A stretch of DNA of 64,000 nucleotides. Origin: Escherichia phage kaaroe. The stretch is from the sequence record MN850574.1. One strand, given 5' to 3'. Below the pieces are notes generated by a model that saw nothing but the letters and a program-made list of their open reading frames with translations, was not told where the DNA came from and did no database searches. A program made the position numbers and the translations under genes. Shown here piece after piece: positions 9,136-18,521 of this stretch (its first letter is position 1; each line of letters opens with the position of its first letter).

Positions 9136-9663
9136 ATGAAATCATTAAACCGTAAGCGTAAAGCACAACGACACAAAGAACGAGCTAAAAAGATTGCTAT
9201 TGAACTGGTTGAGCGTGAGGATAGCTATTTGTCTACGGGTCGTTTGTATACATTCCATGCATTGATTGATGGTAAGCCAGTGTTGCATAATCATGATTGC
9301 TTAGCACTGTTTCACGAGATCGAACCAATCCATCGTGAATGGGATGACAACAAAGCAAAAGGACAATATTTCCTTACTTGTTCGTGTGGTCATGCTGGAT
9401 GTGCTGGATATTGGGAACCTGTTACGATCCGTGAGAAAAATGATACTATTCAATGGGTCGCCCGTACCCGCGATGGTTATGATAAAGGTGCTGATGGTAC
9501 TGGCGATAACGTAGTTTACTTTAATCGTGATTGGTATTATATGGCGCGATGTATGATCCTGTTTTATCTTGACTCGATGCCGTATGAATATTTCAGTTTC
9601 CAGAATGGGACCGAACTGACAGGGAAGGAATGGTCTGAATACATTCGAAAAAATTTAAAATAA
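9136..9663 (+). CDS. hypothetical Cys-containing protein
   Basis: ATG 9136 after GAGGTG; CSCGHAGCAGYW motif. Confidence 0.5.
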   Translation: MKSLNRKRKAQRHKERAKKIAIELVEREDSYLSTGRLYTFHALIDGKPVLHNHDCLALFHEIEPIHREWDDNKAKGQYFLTCSCGHAGCAGYWEPVTIREKNDTIQWVARTRDGYDKGADGTGDNVVYFNRDWYYMARCMILFYLDSMPYEYFSFQNGTELTGKEWSEYIRKNLK

Positions 9664-9667
9664 ATGC

Positions 9668-9696
9668 TTGACGGGGATCGCGAGATCCCCTATACT
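9668..9696 (+). promoter_or_regulatory. early promoter with GGGGATC/GATCCCC hairpin
   Basis: TTGACG 9668-9673, 17-nt spacer, TATACT 9691-9696; palindrome GGGGATCgcgaGATCCCC 9673-9690. Confidence 0.5.
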
Positions 9697-9738
9697 ATAT
9701 TCATCAAGACGAGATACAACTTTACAGGAGAATCAAAT

Positions 9739-9891
9739 ATGTGGACTTTACTGATTTGGGAAACTGAAAACGCACAAGTAGAAATCCGTGAATACGAATA
9801 CCTAAGCCCAGCTTATCTATTAGCATCTCGCGGTGGTTACTATAAAGCGCAGATTGTAAACGAGTTCGGGGTAATTGAATATGAGTTCTGA
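9739..9891 (+). CDS. hypothetical small protein
   Basis: AGGAGAATCAAAT leader then ATG 9739; 50 aa. Confidence 0.35.
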   Translation: MWTLLIWETENAQVEIREYEYLSPAYLLASRGGYYKAQIVNEFGVIEYEF

Positions 9892-10384
9892 TACATACGG
9901 CAAACTACGCTATGCCGATATTAAAGATTGTGATATGGTTAACGGTGAGGGAGTGAGAGTCTCCCTTTACGTTACCGGATGTTCACACGCATGTGATGGT
10001 TGCTTTAATGCTAGCCTACTCAATCCTAAGAACGGGGAACCATTCACCGATGATACAATGGGATTGATTCTGGATCTGCTTAGACCTGATTTTATTCAGG
10101 GGCTAACATTCTTAGGTGGCGATCCACTGTATAAACGCAATTTAAAGGGTGTACAGCGGATCATCGATGAAGTAAAATCATGGATGCCAAATAAAGATAT
10201 TTGGCTATGGTCCGGTTATACCCTTGACCAATTGAATGATGAGCAAAGAAAAATTGTAGAATCAGTTGACATGTTCATCGATGGGCGTTATATTAAAGAT
10301 ATGCCAACGAAGAAGCCGTGGCGGGGATCTGACAATCAAGTACAATACAAGATTGTTAATAGTATTCCAGTGAAAATTATTTGA
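9881..10384 (+). CDS. nrdG: anaerobic ribonucleotide reductase activating protein NrdG
   Basis: Radical-SAM-like GCSHACDGC cluster, GGDPLY and KKPWRGSDNQ matching recalled T4 NrdG. Confidence 0.9.
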   Translation: MSSDTYGKLRYADIKDCDMVNGEGVRVSLYVTGCSHACDGCFNASLLNPKNGEPFTDDTMGLILDLLRPDFIQGLTFLGGDPLYKRNLKGVQRIIDEVKSWMPNKDIWLWSGYTLDQLNDEQRKIVESVDMFIDGRYIKDMPTKKPWRGSDNQVQYKIVNSIPVKII

Positions 10385-10394
10385 GGTGATTATT

Positions 10395-10922
10395 ATGGAA
10401 TGGGAAGTTGGTAAAACTTACAAGATTGAATGCGAAGCGTCGAAAGCCGAACTGACTAAATTTTCGTCGTCTATTAACAGATGTATTGTTGACTTGTTGG
10501 CTGGTCGCCCGTTTAGGGTAGAAGACCTTGACGATGATGGTGATGTTAGAGAAATTACTATTATTGGTAGTGATTTCGACTCTATGACGTTAAAAGAATC
10601 CCCTATTGGTTGTTCTGGTGTGTGGTTTTGGTCGGGTGAGCGTCGTTTCTTTACCGAAGTTACTATTGAACCTAAGATTCCAGATTCAGAAGAAAAAGAA
10701 GAAGACCTAACTTTAGAACGCCTGGGTCTGCTTATGGAAGCCTACGACATTCAGTTGATCGATAAGATGGGGTTACATAATAGCATTGCCAAAATTACTA
10801 CCCTAGAAGGTATTAAGAGCGTACTGGATGGTATGCCTAGCCGGATCGGTGCTATCAGAGAATACAAACAAACGCGCGACCGTATGATCCAATTAGAATC
10901 ACGTATCAAAAATGAGAGATGA
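10395..10922 (+). CDS. hypothetical protein, paralog family B member 1
   Basis: N-terminal MEWEVGKTYK motif shared with the next three genes. Confidence 0.55.
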   Translation: MEWEVGKTYKIECEASKAELTKFSSSINRCIVDLLAGRPFRVEDLDDDGDVREITIIGSDFDSMTLKESPIGCSGVWFWSGERRFFTEVTIEPKIPDSEEKEEDLTLERLGLLMEAYDIQLIDKMGLHNSIAKITTLEGIKSVLDGMPSRIGAIREYKQTRDRMIQLESRIKNER

Positions 10923-10926
10923 TATT

Positions 10927-11391
10927 ATGAAATGGGAAGCTGGTAAGACCTATGCGTGGAAAGATGTAAAAGATGCAAACCAATTTTTTAAATGGTATGA
11001 TGTTGATTATTTGAAATATCTGCGATTACCGTTTAAAGTTGCGTCGGTTGATGCGAAAAAAGGATACGTGCGGTCTGTTTATCTTCATGATGGAACTTAT
11101 ATGAGTTCAACCGATGTAGGTCTATCTTGTTGGTTTCTGGATCATGACCGTAGCAGATTTGAAGAAATTATTATTCCAGAAGAATCTAAATTAATTGACC
11201 TTCTCAAATTGGCGATGGATAATTATAAAATTCGCTTTGAATGCAAATCACATGCGGCTATCGGTGCTAACGCCTTGCGTCATATCTCCAGTTTTGAAGA
11301 GTTGAAAGATTTTCTTGACAAAATGCCGGAAAGAGTGCAAGCTATACAGGAAGCTGAGAAAGCATTAAACGAACTTGATAAAATCGGTTAA
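10927..11391 (+). CDS. hypothetical protein, paralog family B member 2
   Basis: MKWEAGKTYAWKD N-terminus; C-terminal helical tail resembling other family B members. Confidence 0.55.
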   Translation: MKWEAGKTYAWKDVKDANQFFKWYDVDYLKYLRLPFKVASVDAKKGYVRSVYLHDGTYMSSTDVGLSCWFLDHDRSRFEEIIIPEESKLIDLLKLAMDNYKIRFECKSHAAIGANALRHISSFEELKDFLDKMPERVQAIQEAEKALNELDKIG

Positions 11392-11403
11392 GGGGAATAT
11401 ATT

Positions 11404-12228
11404 ATGAAATGGGAAATTGGTAAAACTTACACTTGGAAAGATGAAAACGCGAAAACTGAGTTTATTACTAACGGAGAAGGTGTTCTTTCTCCACTTAACA
11501 GCGATATCAGTGCAGCTATTGGTGACAAGCCATTTACCATCATCGAGATCGAGGGTAACGGTTGGATTGATGCAATAGAGCTAGACGGTGTTTATCATAC
11601 GGCGAAAACTGCTACAGGAAAAGACATTTGGACTGCAACATATTTCTTTAGTCCATTCGATAGAAAATTCTTTCGTGAAGTTGAAGAAGTTCCCCAGAAA
11701 TGGGAAGTTGGTAAAACTTATACTTGGAAAGATGCGAATGCTATGACCGACTTCTGTCATTATGCTGAAAACGTATCTAACCTTAATTATGTTATTGCAC
11801 GAGCAATAAATTATAGACCTTTTACTGTTAAAAATGTTAGTCCATGTGGGCAAGTTAATGTAATTGAAATTGATGGTAAAGACCATACTCTAATGAGTGC
11901 AACCGAAGATAGCGACCATAAAGGAACTAGCTGGTTTATTGATTCTGATAGAAAATTCTTTCGTGAAGTAGAAGAATTGGAAGTTATAACCACTGATTCT
12001 AAGATCGTTGGACAGTTGAAACGTCTGTTTAGTAGTCGTTATGGCCTGACAATGGTTAAATTTAGCGAAGCAAATGAAGGTAAAACCTTTGAACGTTTCG
12101 ATGATTTCATCGCAGCACTTGACAAGATGGACGAAATAATGCAAGATCGCCAGAAGATTAAAGACCTTCAAGAAGACATTAAACGTCGTGAAGTTGAATT
12201 TTTGATTGGTAAAGAGCGAGGTTGGTAA
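11404..12228 (+). CDS. hypothetical protein, paralog family B member 3 (two tandem modules)
   Basis: MKWEIGKTYTWKD and a second internal QKWEVGKTYTWKD; repeated DRKFFREVEE. Confidence 0.6.
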   Translation: MKWEIGKTYTWKDENAKTEFITNGEGVLSPLNSDISAAIGDKPFTIIEIEGNGWIDAIELDGVYHTAKTATGKDIWTATYFFSPFDRKFFREVEEVPQKWEVGKTYTWKDANAMTDFCHYAENVSNLNYVIARAINYRPFTVKNVSPCGQVNVIEIDGKDHTLMSATEDSDHKGTSWFIDSDRKFFREVEELEVITTDSKIVGQLKRLFSSRYGLTMVKFSEANEGKTFERFDDFIAALDKMDEIMQDRQKIKDLQEDIKRREVEFLIGKERGW

Positions 12229-12229
12229 T

Positions 12230-12706
12230 ATGTTTGTTGTTGGCATGACCTATCAGTGGAAAAACGAACAAGCGCGTAAAGCCTTTGCAACCAGTGATGC
12301 GAATCGTGTGATCTCCGAGTTTATCGGGGACCGTCAGTTTAAAGTCTTAGCTATTGATTCATCTACTATACCTGAATATGTTTCTGTGATTGAAATCGAT
12401 GGTAAGGCTTACCAGTGTCCAGACAATGAAAAGGTTTATCTTTATGCTTGTAATTGGTTTTCACCTACCGAAGATCAATATTTTAAAGTAGTATCAGCAG
12501 AACTATCATCCGAAGCAATGATGCAACAATTCTTCAATAACTACGAAGTTTCTGTGCGTCGCTATGGCGAAGAAGAAGTGTTTAAAATCGATGATTACAA
12601 TCAGTTTAAACGAGTATTCGCCACTAAGTTGCAGCGTGACTTTGAACGTGACCAACGGATCAAGGAACTGGAAGAAGAACTAGAAAGATTAAAGGCTGAG
12701 AAATGA
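12230..12706 (+). CDS. hypothetical protein, paralog family B member 4
   Basis: MFVVGMTYQWKNE N-terminus and coiled-coil C-terminus. Confidence 0.55.
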   Translation: MFVVGMTYQWKNEQARKAFATSDANRVISEFIGDRQFKVLAIDSSTIPEYVSVIEIDGKAYQCPDNEKVYLYACNWFSPTEDQYFKVVSAELSSEAMMQQFFNNYEVSVRRYGEEEVFKIDDYNQFKRVFATKLQRDFERDQRIKELEEELERLKAEK

Positions 12707-12972
12707 TCGAGATATACGGTATACCGAAAGAGGCTTATCATTGTTATGGTTGTATTAGTGCAATGAAGCTACTGGATGATCTGGGTATTCCGTATACACT
12801 TAAACCAGTATTCAAGCAGGTCGGGGTTGACATTATTCCCGACCGTGATATGATTGAAGAACTGGCGGGGAGGCTGAACTCAAAGAGCCTCCGGTTTGTA
12901 TACCCCCAGATATTCATTGACAACGAGCACATTGGAGGCTATAAAGAACTGAGGGCGATTTATGATTATTGA
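12703..12972 (+). CDS. nrdH: glutaredoxin-like protein (NrdH-like)
   Basis: CYGC redox motif and YPQIFIDNEHIGGYKEL; sits beside nrdG as in T4. Confidence 0.65.
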   Translation: MIEIYGIPKEAYHCYGCISAMKLLDDLGIPYTLKPVFKQVGVDIIPDRDMIEELAGRLNSKSLRFVYPQIFIDNEHIGGYKELRAIYDY

Positions 12973-13120
12973 GAATTTAGTTTCGGTATTCATTATTGCT
13001 TTATTTGCTATAATGGCTTTACCGTTGAAGAAGTGTAAACACTGTAACGGAACAGGATTGCGTGGTGATGGGTGTTGCGCTCATTGTCATGGATCTGGTA
13101 AAGTAAGTATCATTAAGTAA
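12962..13120 (+). CDS. small membrane-anchored peptide with DnaJ-type CxxCxGxG zinc finger (52 aa)
   Basis: Unlisted ORF; hydrophobic N-terminus NLVSVFIIALFAIMAL followed by CKHCNGTG..CCAHCHGSG. Confidence 0.3.
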   Translation: MIIENLVSVFIIALFAIMALPLKKCKHCNGTGLRGDGCCAHCHGSGKVSIIK

Positions 13121-13141
13121 TTCTTGAGTGAGGAATATATT

Positions 13142-13429
13142 ATGTTAGTACACAATGCAATCGCACACATGGTTTATTCTCGATTTGGGCGCATGGAAGA
13201 AATCAATATTACCGACGCAGATTTAGATCTGATGCAAGTCGAAGGCCAGACATATCTGAAAAATAACGGCGTGAATATCGGTAAAGCGCGTGTGCGTGAA
13301 TTGTTGGTTGAATATATTCTCTCTGAATTTGGCATTAGTGCTTTCGGTGTGAAAGAGATTGCACCTAAGCGCGAAATTTCTGATAAAATGATCAAGAAAT
13401 GCCAGAAAGAACGACGTAAGGGTTTCTAA
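13142..13429 (+). CDS. hypothetical protein
   Basis: GAGTGAGGAATATATTATG start context. Confidence 0.5.
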   Translation: MLVHNAIAHMVYSRFGRMEEINITDADLDLMQVEGQTYLKNNGVNIGKARVRELLVEYILSEFGISAFGVKEIAPKREISDKMIKKCQKERRKGF

Positions 13430-14898
13430 TGAAGATTGAAACATTAATCGCATTGCCAGCGGCGGGGAAAACTGATGCTATACTTTCCCACGTCCTAGAG
13501 ACAAAAGAAAAAGCGGTTATTGCTTCGCCATCTCGTGTTTTAAGTGAACAATCTTACAATAAGTTTAAAAGAATGGGCGGTCGTGCTGTCTTGATTGATA
13601 GCACAAGACTAAGAAGCCTTAAGACAGTGCAAGCGTCGATAATGCAATCAGTTAAAGATGGTGCTGATGTGATATTCATTACACATACAGCGTTATCTAA
13701 TATGGAACGTTCAAAAATGTTTGGTGATTATGCTCTTTACATTGATGAAGTTCCTCAACTGGTTGAATTTAATGAGTATCCGTTTAAGTCTAATCTTGAA
13801 CTTATCACGAAGCATTGCGAACCAATCGCCGACGAATCGGAATGCCTACAGAACTTAGTTCTAAAAGACTCTGAGAAGGCCGCTATCAAAGAAAAGATAG
13901 AAAGTGCGAAGGATGGTACTGATATGATCGATTCTTCTCTTAGAGGGCTTTATGAGGCGTTATTAGAGAAGAAAATCAACGTTATGGTAAAACATAACGA
14001 AGGACACCGGAAGAATGGGTCGAAAATTGTTTTCTTGAACGATAACAAACACGGTACGTGGGGAGACTTTAAAAAGGTTACGATAGCATGTGCAAATCTC
14101 TTTGATACATATAGTGGGAAGTATCTACGATACTATGCAAATTGCGATTTTGTTCCGAGTGCGCTAGAATCCAGACTATATTTCAAAGAGTATAAAAATA
14201 CAGATAGAGTTAATATCATCCTTATGACGGACTCTGAACGATGGTCGCGTCACCAGTCAGAAACAAACAATACCTTTGAACGTCTTGTTGATATGGTTAA
14301 AAATGAATGTGGCGATGACTTCATTTATACCGTGAATCGGGACCGTGAAGCGTGTACAAATGGTATTGGTGAGCGGATACCTTACGGGTCTTATGGTCTT
14401 AACTCTTACATTCATCATAAAAATGTTGCTGTGATGTTCAGCTTTAACCCTCAACGATGGGAGATTGATATTTTAAAAGGTCTTGCTAATAGTTGTGATC
14501 TCCCGACAAACGAGTTTTTGAAAGCGCGTCATGTGTCTGATTATCTGGAACCAGCATTTCAATTATGTTTGCGTTGTAACCTGAGAGACAACGAGAGCAA
14601 GGAGAATGTTAATCTATATGTTCCTGATTGGGCGTTGGTGGATTATCTAAAAACGTTTCTGCCTAATGCCAATGTAATAACAGATCGAATGATTCCGCTA
14701 GAATGTGGTGAACGTAAAGGGCGAAAATCATTTAAAAAGATGTTCGACTTTAACGAGCAAGAGAATGCAAGATTTAACGGATTTAAGTACCGCATGAAGA
14801 AAAAAGGAAAAACTCTTGATCCGTCTGACGGCGAATCTGTAGAGATGGTTAGAGTGTGGATAACTAAGCAAAGAAAGTATAATGGTAATGGGGAATAG
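13429..14898 (+). CDS. putative P-loop NTPase/helicase-like protein
   Basis: Walker A-like LPAAGKTD near N-terminus and Walker B-like LYIDEVP; no T4 counterpart recognised. Confidence 0.45.
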   Translation: MKIETLIALPAAGKTDAILSHVLETKEKAVIASPSRVLSEQSYNKFKRMGGRAVLIDSTRLRSLKTVQASIMQSVKDGADVIFITHTALSNMERSKMFGDYALYIDEVPQLVEFNEYPFKSNLELITKHCEPIADESECLQNLVLKDSEKAAIKEKIESAKDGTDMIDSSLRGLYEALLEKKINVMVKHNEGHRKNGSKIVFLNDNKHGTWGDFKKVTIACANLFDTYSGKYLRYYANCDFVPSALESRLYFKEYKNTDRVNIILMTDSERWSRHQSETNNTFERLVDMVKNECGDDFIYTVNRDREACTNGIGERIPYGSYGLNSYIHHKNVAVMFSFNPQRWEIDILKGLANSCDLPTNEFLKARHVSDYLEPAFQLCLRCNLRDNESKENVNLYVPDWALVDYLKTFLPNANVITDRMIPLECGERKGRKSFKKMFDFNEQENARFNGFKYRMKKKGKTLDPSDGESVEMVRVWITKQRKYNGNGE

Positions 14899-14938
14899 CC
14901 CGAAAGGGTTATTTCCTAAATAATAGCGAGGGTGCGAA

Positions 14939-15472
14939 GTGTCTGATTATGTAAACAATAAAGAGCTTTACGAAGAAATTTGCCGTTGGAAACAACAAAT
15001 TGCAGCAGAAGGTCGGCAAGTTCCAATGAGCGATCAAATCGGCCTAGCAATTATGCAAATCTCTAAAAATCTATCACGTCGTTTTAACTTTTCTGGTTAT
15101 AGTCAAACGTGGCGCGAAGAAATGATCGACGACGGAATCGAAGCGGCGGTCAAGGGTTTGATTAATTTTGACGAGACAAAGTATAAAAATCCTCATGCTT
15201 ACATCACGCAAGCGTGCTTTAATGCTTTTGTACAGCGCATTAAAAAAGAGAGAACAGCGACAGCCGCAAAATACAAATATTTTGTGCATCATGTATATGA
15301 CGAACGCGACGCTGATATGTGCCAGATTGCTGATGAGGCATTCATACAGGACATTTACGATAAAATCAACAACTACGAGGAATCGGTCAATAAACCGAAA
15401 GCGCCAAAGGTTGAAGATGTATTGACCGAGGAATTGCCTAGCTTGGACCAATTTTATGAGATTGAAAATTAA
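14939..15472 (+). CDS. 55: late-transcription sigma factor gp55
   Basis: [49 protein letters not shown] closely matches recalled T4 gp55; GTG start. Confidence 0.9.
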   Translation: MSDYVNNKELYEEICRWKQQIAAEGRQVPMSDQIGLAIMQISKNLSRRFNFSGYSQTWREEMIDDGIEAAVKGLINFDETKYKNPHAYITQACFNAFVQRIKKERTATAAKYKYFVHHVYDERDADMCQIADEAFIQDIYDKINNYEESVNKPKAPKVEDVLTEELPSLDQFYEIEN

Positions 15473-15689
15473 CATTTCCCGTTTGCTGGAAGAAGCAGAG
15501 TTTGAAACTGACCTTGTGCCGTATTTCGCCAAATTATTTTTGAGAGATTGCGGCGTTCCGGTGATTATCGATCCGTGCAATATCAAATCACCGGATCTTG
15601 AGGTCTTTACGGGTACAATCTCACATAGCTATAATGTATCAGAAGATGAATTTTCTTTAATAATTGATTATATCCCAGAGGTAAAATAA
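15456..15689 (+). CDS. hypothetical protein
   Basis: ORF with start overlapping end of gene 55. Confidence 0.35.
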   Translation: MRLKINISRLLEEAEFETDLVPYFAKLFLRDCGVPVIIDPCNIKSPDLEVFTGTISHSYNVSEDEFSLIIDYIPEVK

Positions 15690-15690
15690 T

Positions 15691-15978
15691 ATGACTTGCA
15701 ATGAACAGCATGACCAGATTGCAGTGAATGAAGTAGACAAAGTACAAGCAGAACTAGAGGCTAAAGCCGCTAAGAAAGCGGAAAAGATCTTGCGTAAGAA
15801 CTCGCGAGAGATTGCACGCCTTAAGCGGTGGGCTGAACAAGCTATCATCGATGATAACCGTGATGCGTATATCTACGCTATCGGAAAGTTACGTGATATC
15901 TACAAACAGCCACACACGCCAGAACTGCTTTCTGCTATGTGGATTAGTACACGGCAAACGGTATTAAGTATGCTGTAA
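15691..15978 (+). CDS. hypothetical protein
   Basis: ORF with GAGG RBS. Confidence 0.45.
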   Translation: MTCNEQHDQIAVNEVDKVQAELEAKAAKKAEKILRKNSREIARLKRWAEQAIIDDNRDAYIYAIGKLRDIYKQPHTPELLSAMWISTRQTVLSML

Positions 15979-16000
15979 TGGCTTTATAGGGGAGACTCTG

Positions 16001-16026
16001 AAAGGGGTTTCCCTTTTTATTTTTCT
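16001..16026 (+). terminator. putative intrinsic terminator
   Basis: AAAGGGgtttCCCTTT followed by T-rich run. Confidence 0.45.
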
Positions 16027-16068
16027 GTGATATAGTGAGAGCATCGAAAACGAAGAGAGGAAGAGACT

Positions 16069-17094
16069 ATGAAAATTTTGCTTTTAGGTGATCTGCATAC
16101 TGGTATCGGTGGCGATGATCCGTGGGTGCATGAGTATATTCTTGATACCATCAAGAAGGCGGTTGAATACTCCAAAGAGCATAATATTAAGACATGGATT
16201 CAAACAGGGGATTGGTTTGATTGCCGAAAAGCAATTACCCATGAAACCATGAAATTTAACCGTACTAAGGTCATCCCATTACTGGAAGAGGCTGGAATTA
16301 CTTGTTATATCACGGTCGGGAACCATGATATGTTTAAACGAAACAAGATCCAGCCTAACGCACCGCGTGAAGTGTTAAGCCAGTATGATTGCATTAAGGT
16401 TATCGATAAACCGGAAACAGTTACCTTTGATGGTGTATCATTTGATCTGTTCCCGTGGTTTTGTGATGACAATAAATCAGAGATTTTAGAGTTTATTCAA
16501 AACTCATTCAGCGAATATTGTGTAGGCCATTGGGAATTGTCCGGTTACTATTTCTATAAAGGGCTAAAATCCGAAGGTTATAGCGCGGACTTCCTCAAGA
16601 AATACCGTGAAGTGTTTTCCGGTCATTTTCATACTATCAGCGATGGCGGTAATGTAACGTATATCGGTACACCATACACACTAACGGCGGGTGACGAAAA
16701 CGATCCGCGTGGGTTTTGGGTATTCGATACCGATACACACAAAAAAGAGTTTATCCAGAATGACAAAACTTATCATGTGCGTATCACTTACCCGTCAGAT
16801 GATAAAATCGATGTAGAACGCTTTAAGGGGCTTAGTGTGCGTCTTATTGCAACGGTTGCTGATAATGGGTTAACTAAGTTAGAAAGCGCGTTAGAGGCCG
16901 TTGTACACAAGCTAAAAGTGGTCCATAAACTGGAGAGTAGCGCATCACAGGAAACAGGTGTTATTGAAGTTAAAAGCACTATTCAGATGGTATATGAATA
17001 TCTGGAAGAACAAAACCTAGAACCGGAAGAACTTGCGGCGGTCAAGCGTATTTCTGATGAACTTTTAGCCGAGGTAAATAGCGCAAAAAGTTAG
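16069..17094 (+). CDS. 47: recombination endonuclease subunit gp47 (Mre11-like)
   Basis: MKILLLGDLH..GDWFD..VGNHD phosphoesterase motifs; position before gene 46. Confidence 0.9.
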   Translation: MKILLLGDLHTGIGGDDPWVHEYILDTIKKAVEYSKEHNIKTWIQTGDWFDCRKAITHETMKFNRTKVIPLLEEAGITCYITVGNHDMFKRNKIQPNAPREVLSQYDCIKVIDKPETVTFDGVSFDLFPWFCDDNKSEILEFIQNSFSEYCVGHWELSGYYFYKGLKSEGYSADFLKKYREVFSGHFHTISDGGNVTYIGTPYTLTAGDENDPRGFWVFDTDTHKKEFIQNDKTYHVRITYPSDDKIDVERFKGLSVRLIATVADNGLTKLESALEAVVHKLKVVHKLESSASQETGVIEVKSTIQMVYEYLEEQNLEPEELAAVKRISDELLAEVNSAKS

Positions 17095-17123
17095 TTGACG
17101 CGTGGAGAAATCCCCGTTATACT
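17095..17123 (+). promoter_or_regulatory. sigma70-type early promoter
   Basis: TTGACG 17095-17100, 17-nt spacer, TATACT 17118-17123. Confidence 0.5.
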
Positions 17124-17148
17124 CTCTAAAAATTGATTGGAGGTTGTT

Positions 17149-17400
17149 ATGATTACTAATGCATTGAAAGAAATCAACGAAGGTTTATCGAAATTCACTA
17201 AGATCCATGTATTTGAGGTTGTGCGAGATGGTCAGTATATGCTATCATTTCGATCTAACTATGGTTTGTGGACTCATGACGAAATCCCATTTGATCGTGA
17301 AAATATCACCAAAGAGGGGCTAACAAACATCGTATCCCGTAAGGTTGCTGATATTACCCAGAATGTTATTGCGCGTGGATCTATGGGGTCTGTACGATGA
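17149..17400 (+). CDS. hypothetical protein
   Basis: GGAGG RBS then ATG 17149. Confidence 0.45.
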   Translation: MITNALKEINEGLSKFTKIHVFEVVRDGQYMLSFRSNYGLWTHDEIPFDRENITKEGLTNIVSRKVADITQNVIARGSMGSVR

Positions 17401-17714
17401 AAACACTTGCACAAAAGGTAATGGAATTTAATGAGGCATTGCCTATGTTTGCTCGACGTAAGGGGATCTCCGTTGATGTATGGTATTCCAAAGAGCATGA
17501 AGAAGTTCGGATGATGGTCGAAAAGCGACTCACTGATACTACCGTTAAGTGTAAGTTTCGCTCTATTCCTCGCGCGGAAATAGAATTTGATGAAAGCTAT
17601 TACTTTACGCTGCGTCATGTACTGAAACAAGCAGTGGATGAACTTTTAGAAGACCTGAAACAATATGAGATTGAACGAGGAACATATTATGAATACGACT
17701 ATGGTCGCGGCTGA
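17397..17714 (+). CDS. hypothetical protein
   Basis: ORF with overlapping start. Confidence 0.45.
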   Translation: MKTLAQKVMEFNEALPMFARRKGISVDVWYSKEHEEVRMMVEKRLTDTTVKCKFRSIPRAEIEFDESYYFTLRHVLKQAVDELLEDLKQYEIERGTYYEYDYGRG

Positions 17715-18261
17715 TTCTGATTTGTTGGTAATGGAACATTTTATTAAATTGGTGCACACATACACACTAAAACAATCACATTGCAAGAATCCGATCTATG
17801 GCTATCTGAAAGCGAGTATTGCTAAAATGTGGGGTCAGCCAGTGGTTAAGATGTGGTATGATGACGGTTATCGTCGTTACCTTAAAGTGATTCATCCACA
17901 GGATTTGATGGTAACTATGGACATTGGCGACTTTGTAAAAGACAAAGTAGAATCCATTATTAAGAGTGTGGTTGGTGAATATAATCCGATTGTATATGGT
18001 GCTTTCGTACAGTGGAAACAATCCAGCAAGTATTATTTTCCGAATACTCCATTGACGTTAACAGGTTGGATCTCTGTCATGCATAGTGGGGTATTCCTGG
18101 AAGCGTCAGAGACAATGTATAAAGGGTATATTCTCCCGCATCGACTGGTGAAATGTGATTACCGCTTGACTGTAGGTGAATTTCGCGATATTCTGGAACA
18201 GCAAGCGGAAGACCTGCAAGGTGAAATTGAAGAATTTTTAGAGGAACATAAACTAAAATGA
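17689..18261 (+). CDS. hypothetical protein
   Basis: GAGGAACATATTATG start context. Confidence 0.5.
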   Translation: MNTTMVAADSDLLVMEHFIKLVHTYTLKQSHCKNPIYGYLKASIAKMWGQPVVKMWYDDGYRRYLKVIHPQDLMVTMDIGDFVKDKVESIIKSVVGEYNPIVYGAFVQWKQSSKYYFPNTPLTLTGWISVMHSGVFLEASETMYKGYILPHRLVKCDYRLTVGEFRDILEQQAEDLQGEIEEFLEEHKLK

Positions 18262-18521
18262 TTCTATCGATGACCTACCTTAGACACAGGGTTATAGAAG
18301 GTCTTCGCGAATATCTGGCATTGAATAAAGGGATTTATGTTGATCCCTTTATGACATATGATCCGGCGACACTGGATTATGTGATCATGTTGCCAGATCG
18401 CAGAGACACACTAGTTAAAGTGAAGGCGGCAAGTGTTTACAATATTGATGAAGATGTGTTAGCATTTAATATTATGGAATGTGTGATTGCGGAGTGGATT
18501 AATGGCAAAGTTAAATTTTAA
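18258..18521 (+). CDS. hypothetical protein
   Basis: ORF with overlapping start. Confidence 0.45.
   Translation: MILSMTYLRHRVIEGLREYLALNKGIYVDPFMTYDPATLDYVIMLPDRRDTLVKVKAASVYNIDEDVLAFNIMECVIAEWINGKVKF

Noticed and set aside
15074-15586. 170-aa reverse-strand ORF
   Set aside because: Lies entirely antisense to gene 55, which has strong motif conservation; no RBS; typical shadow ORF.
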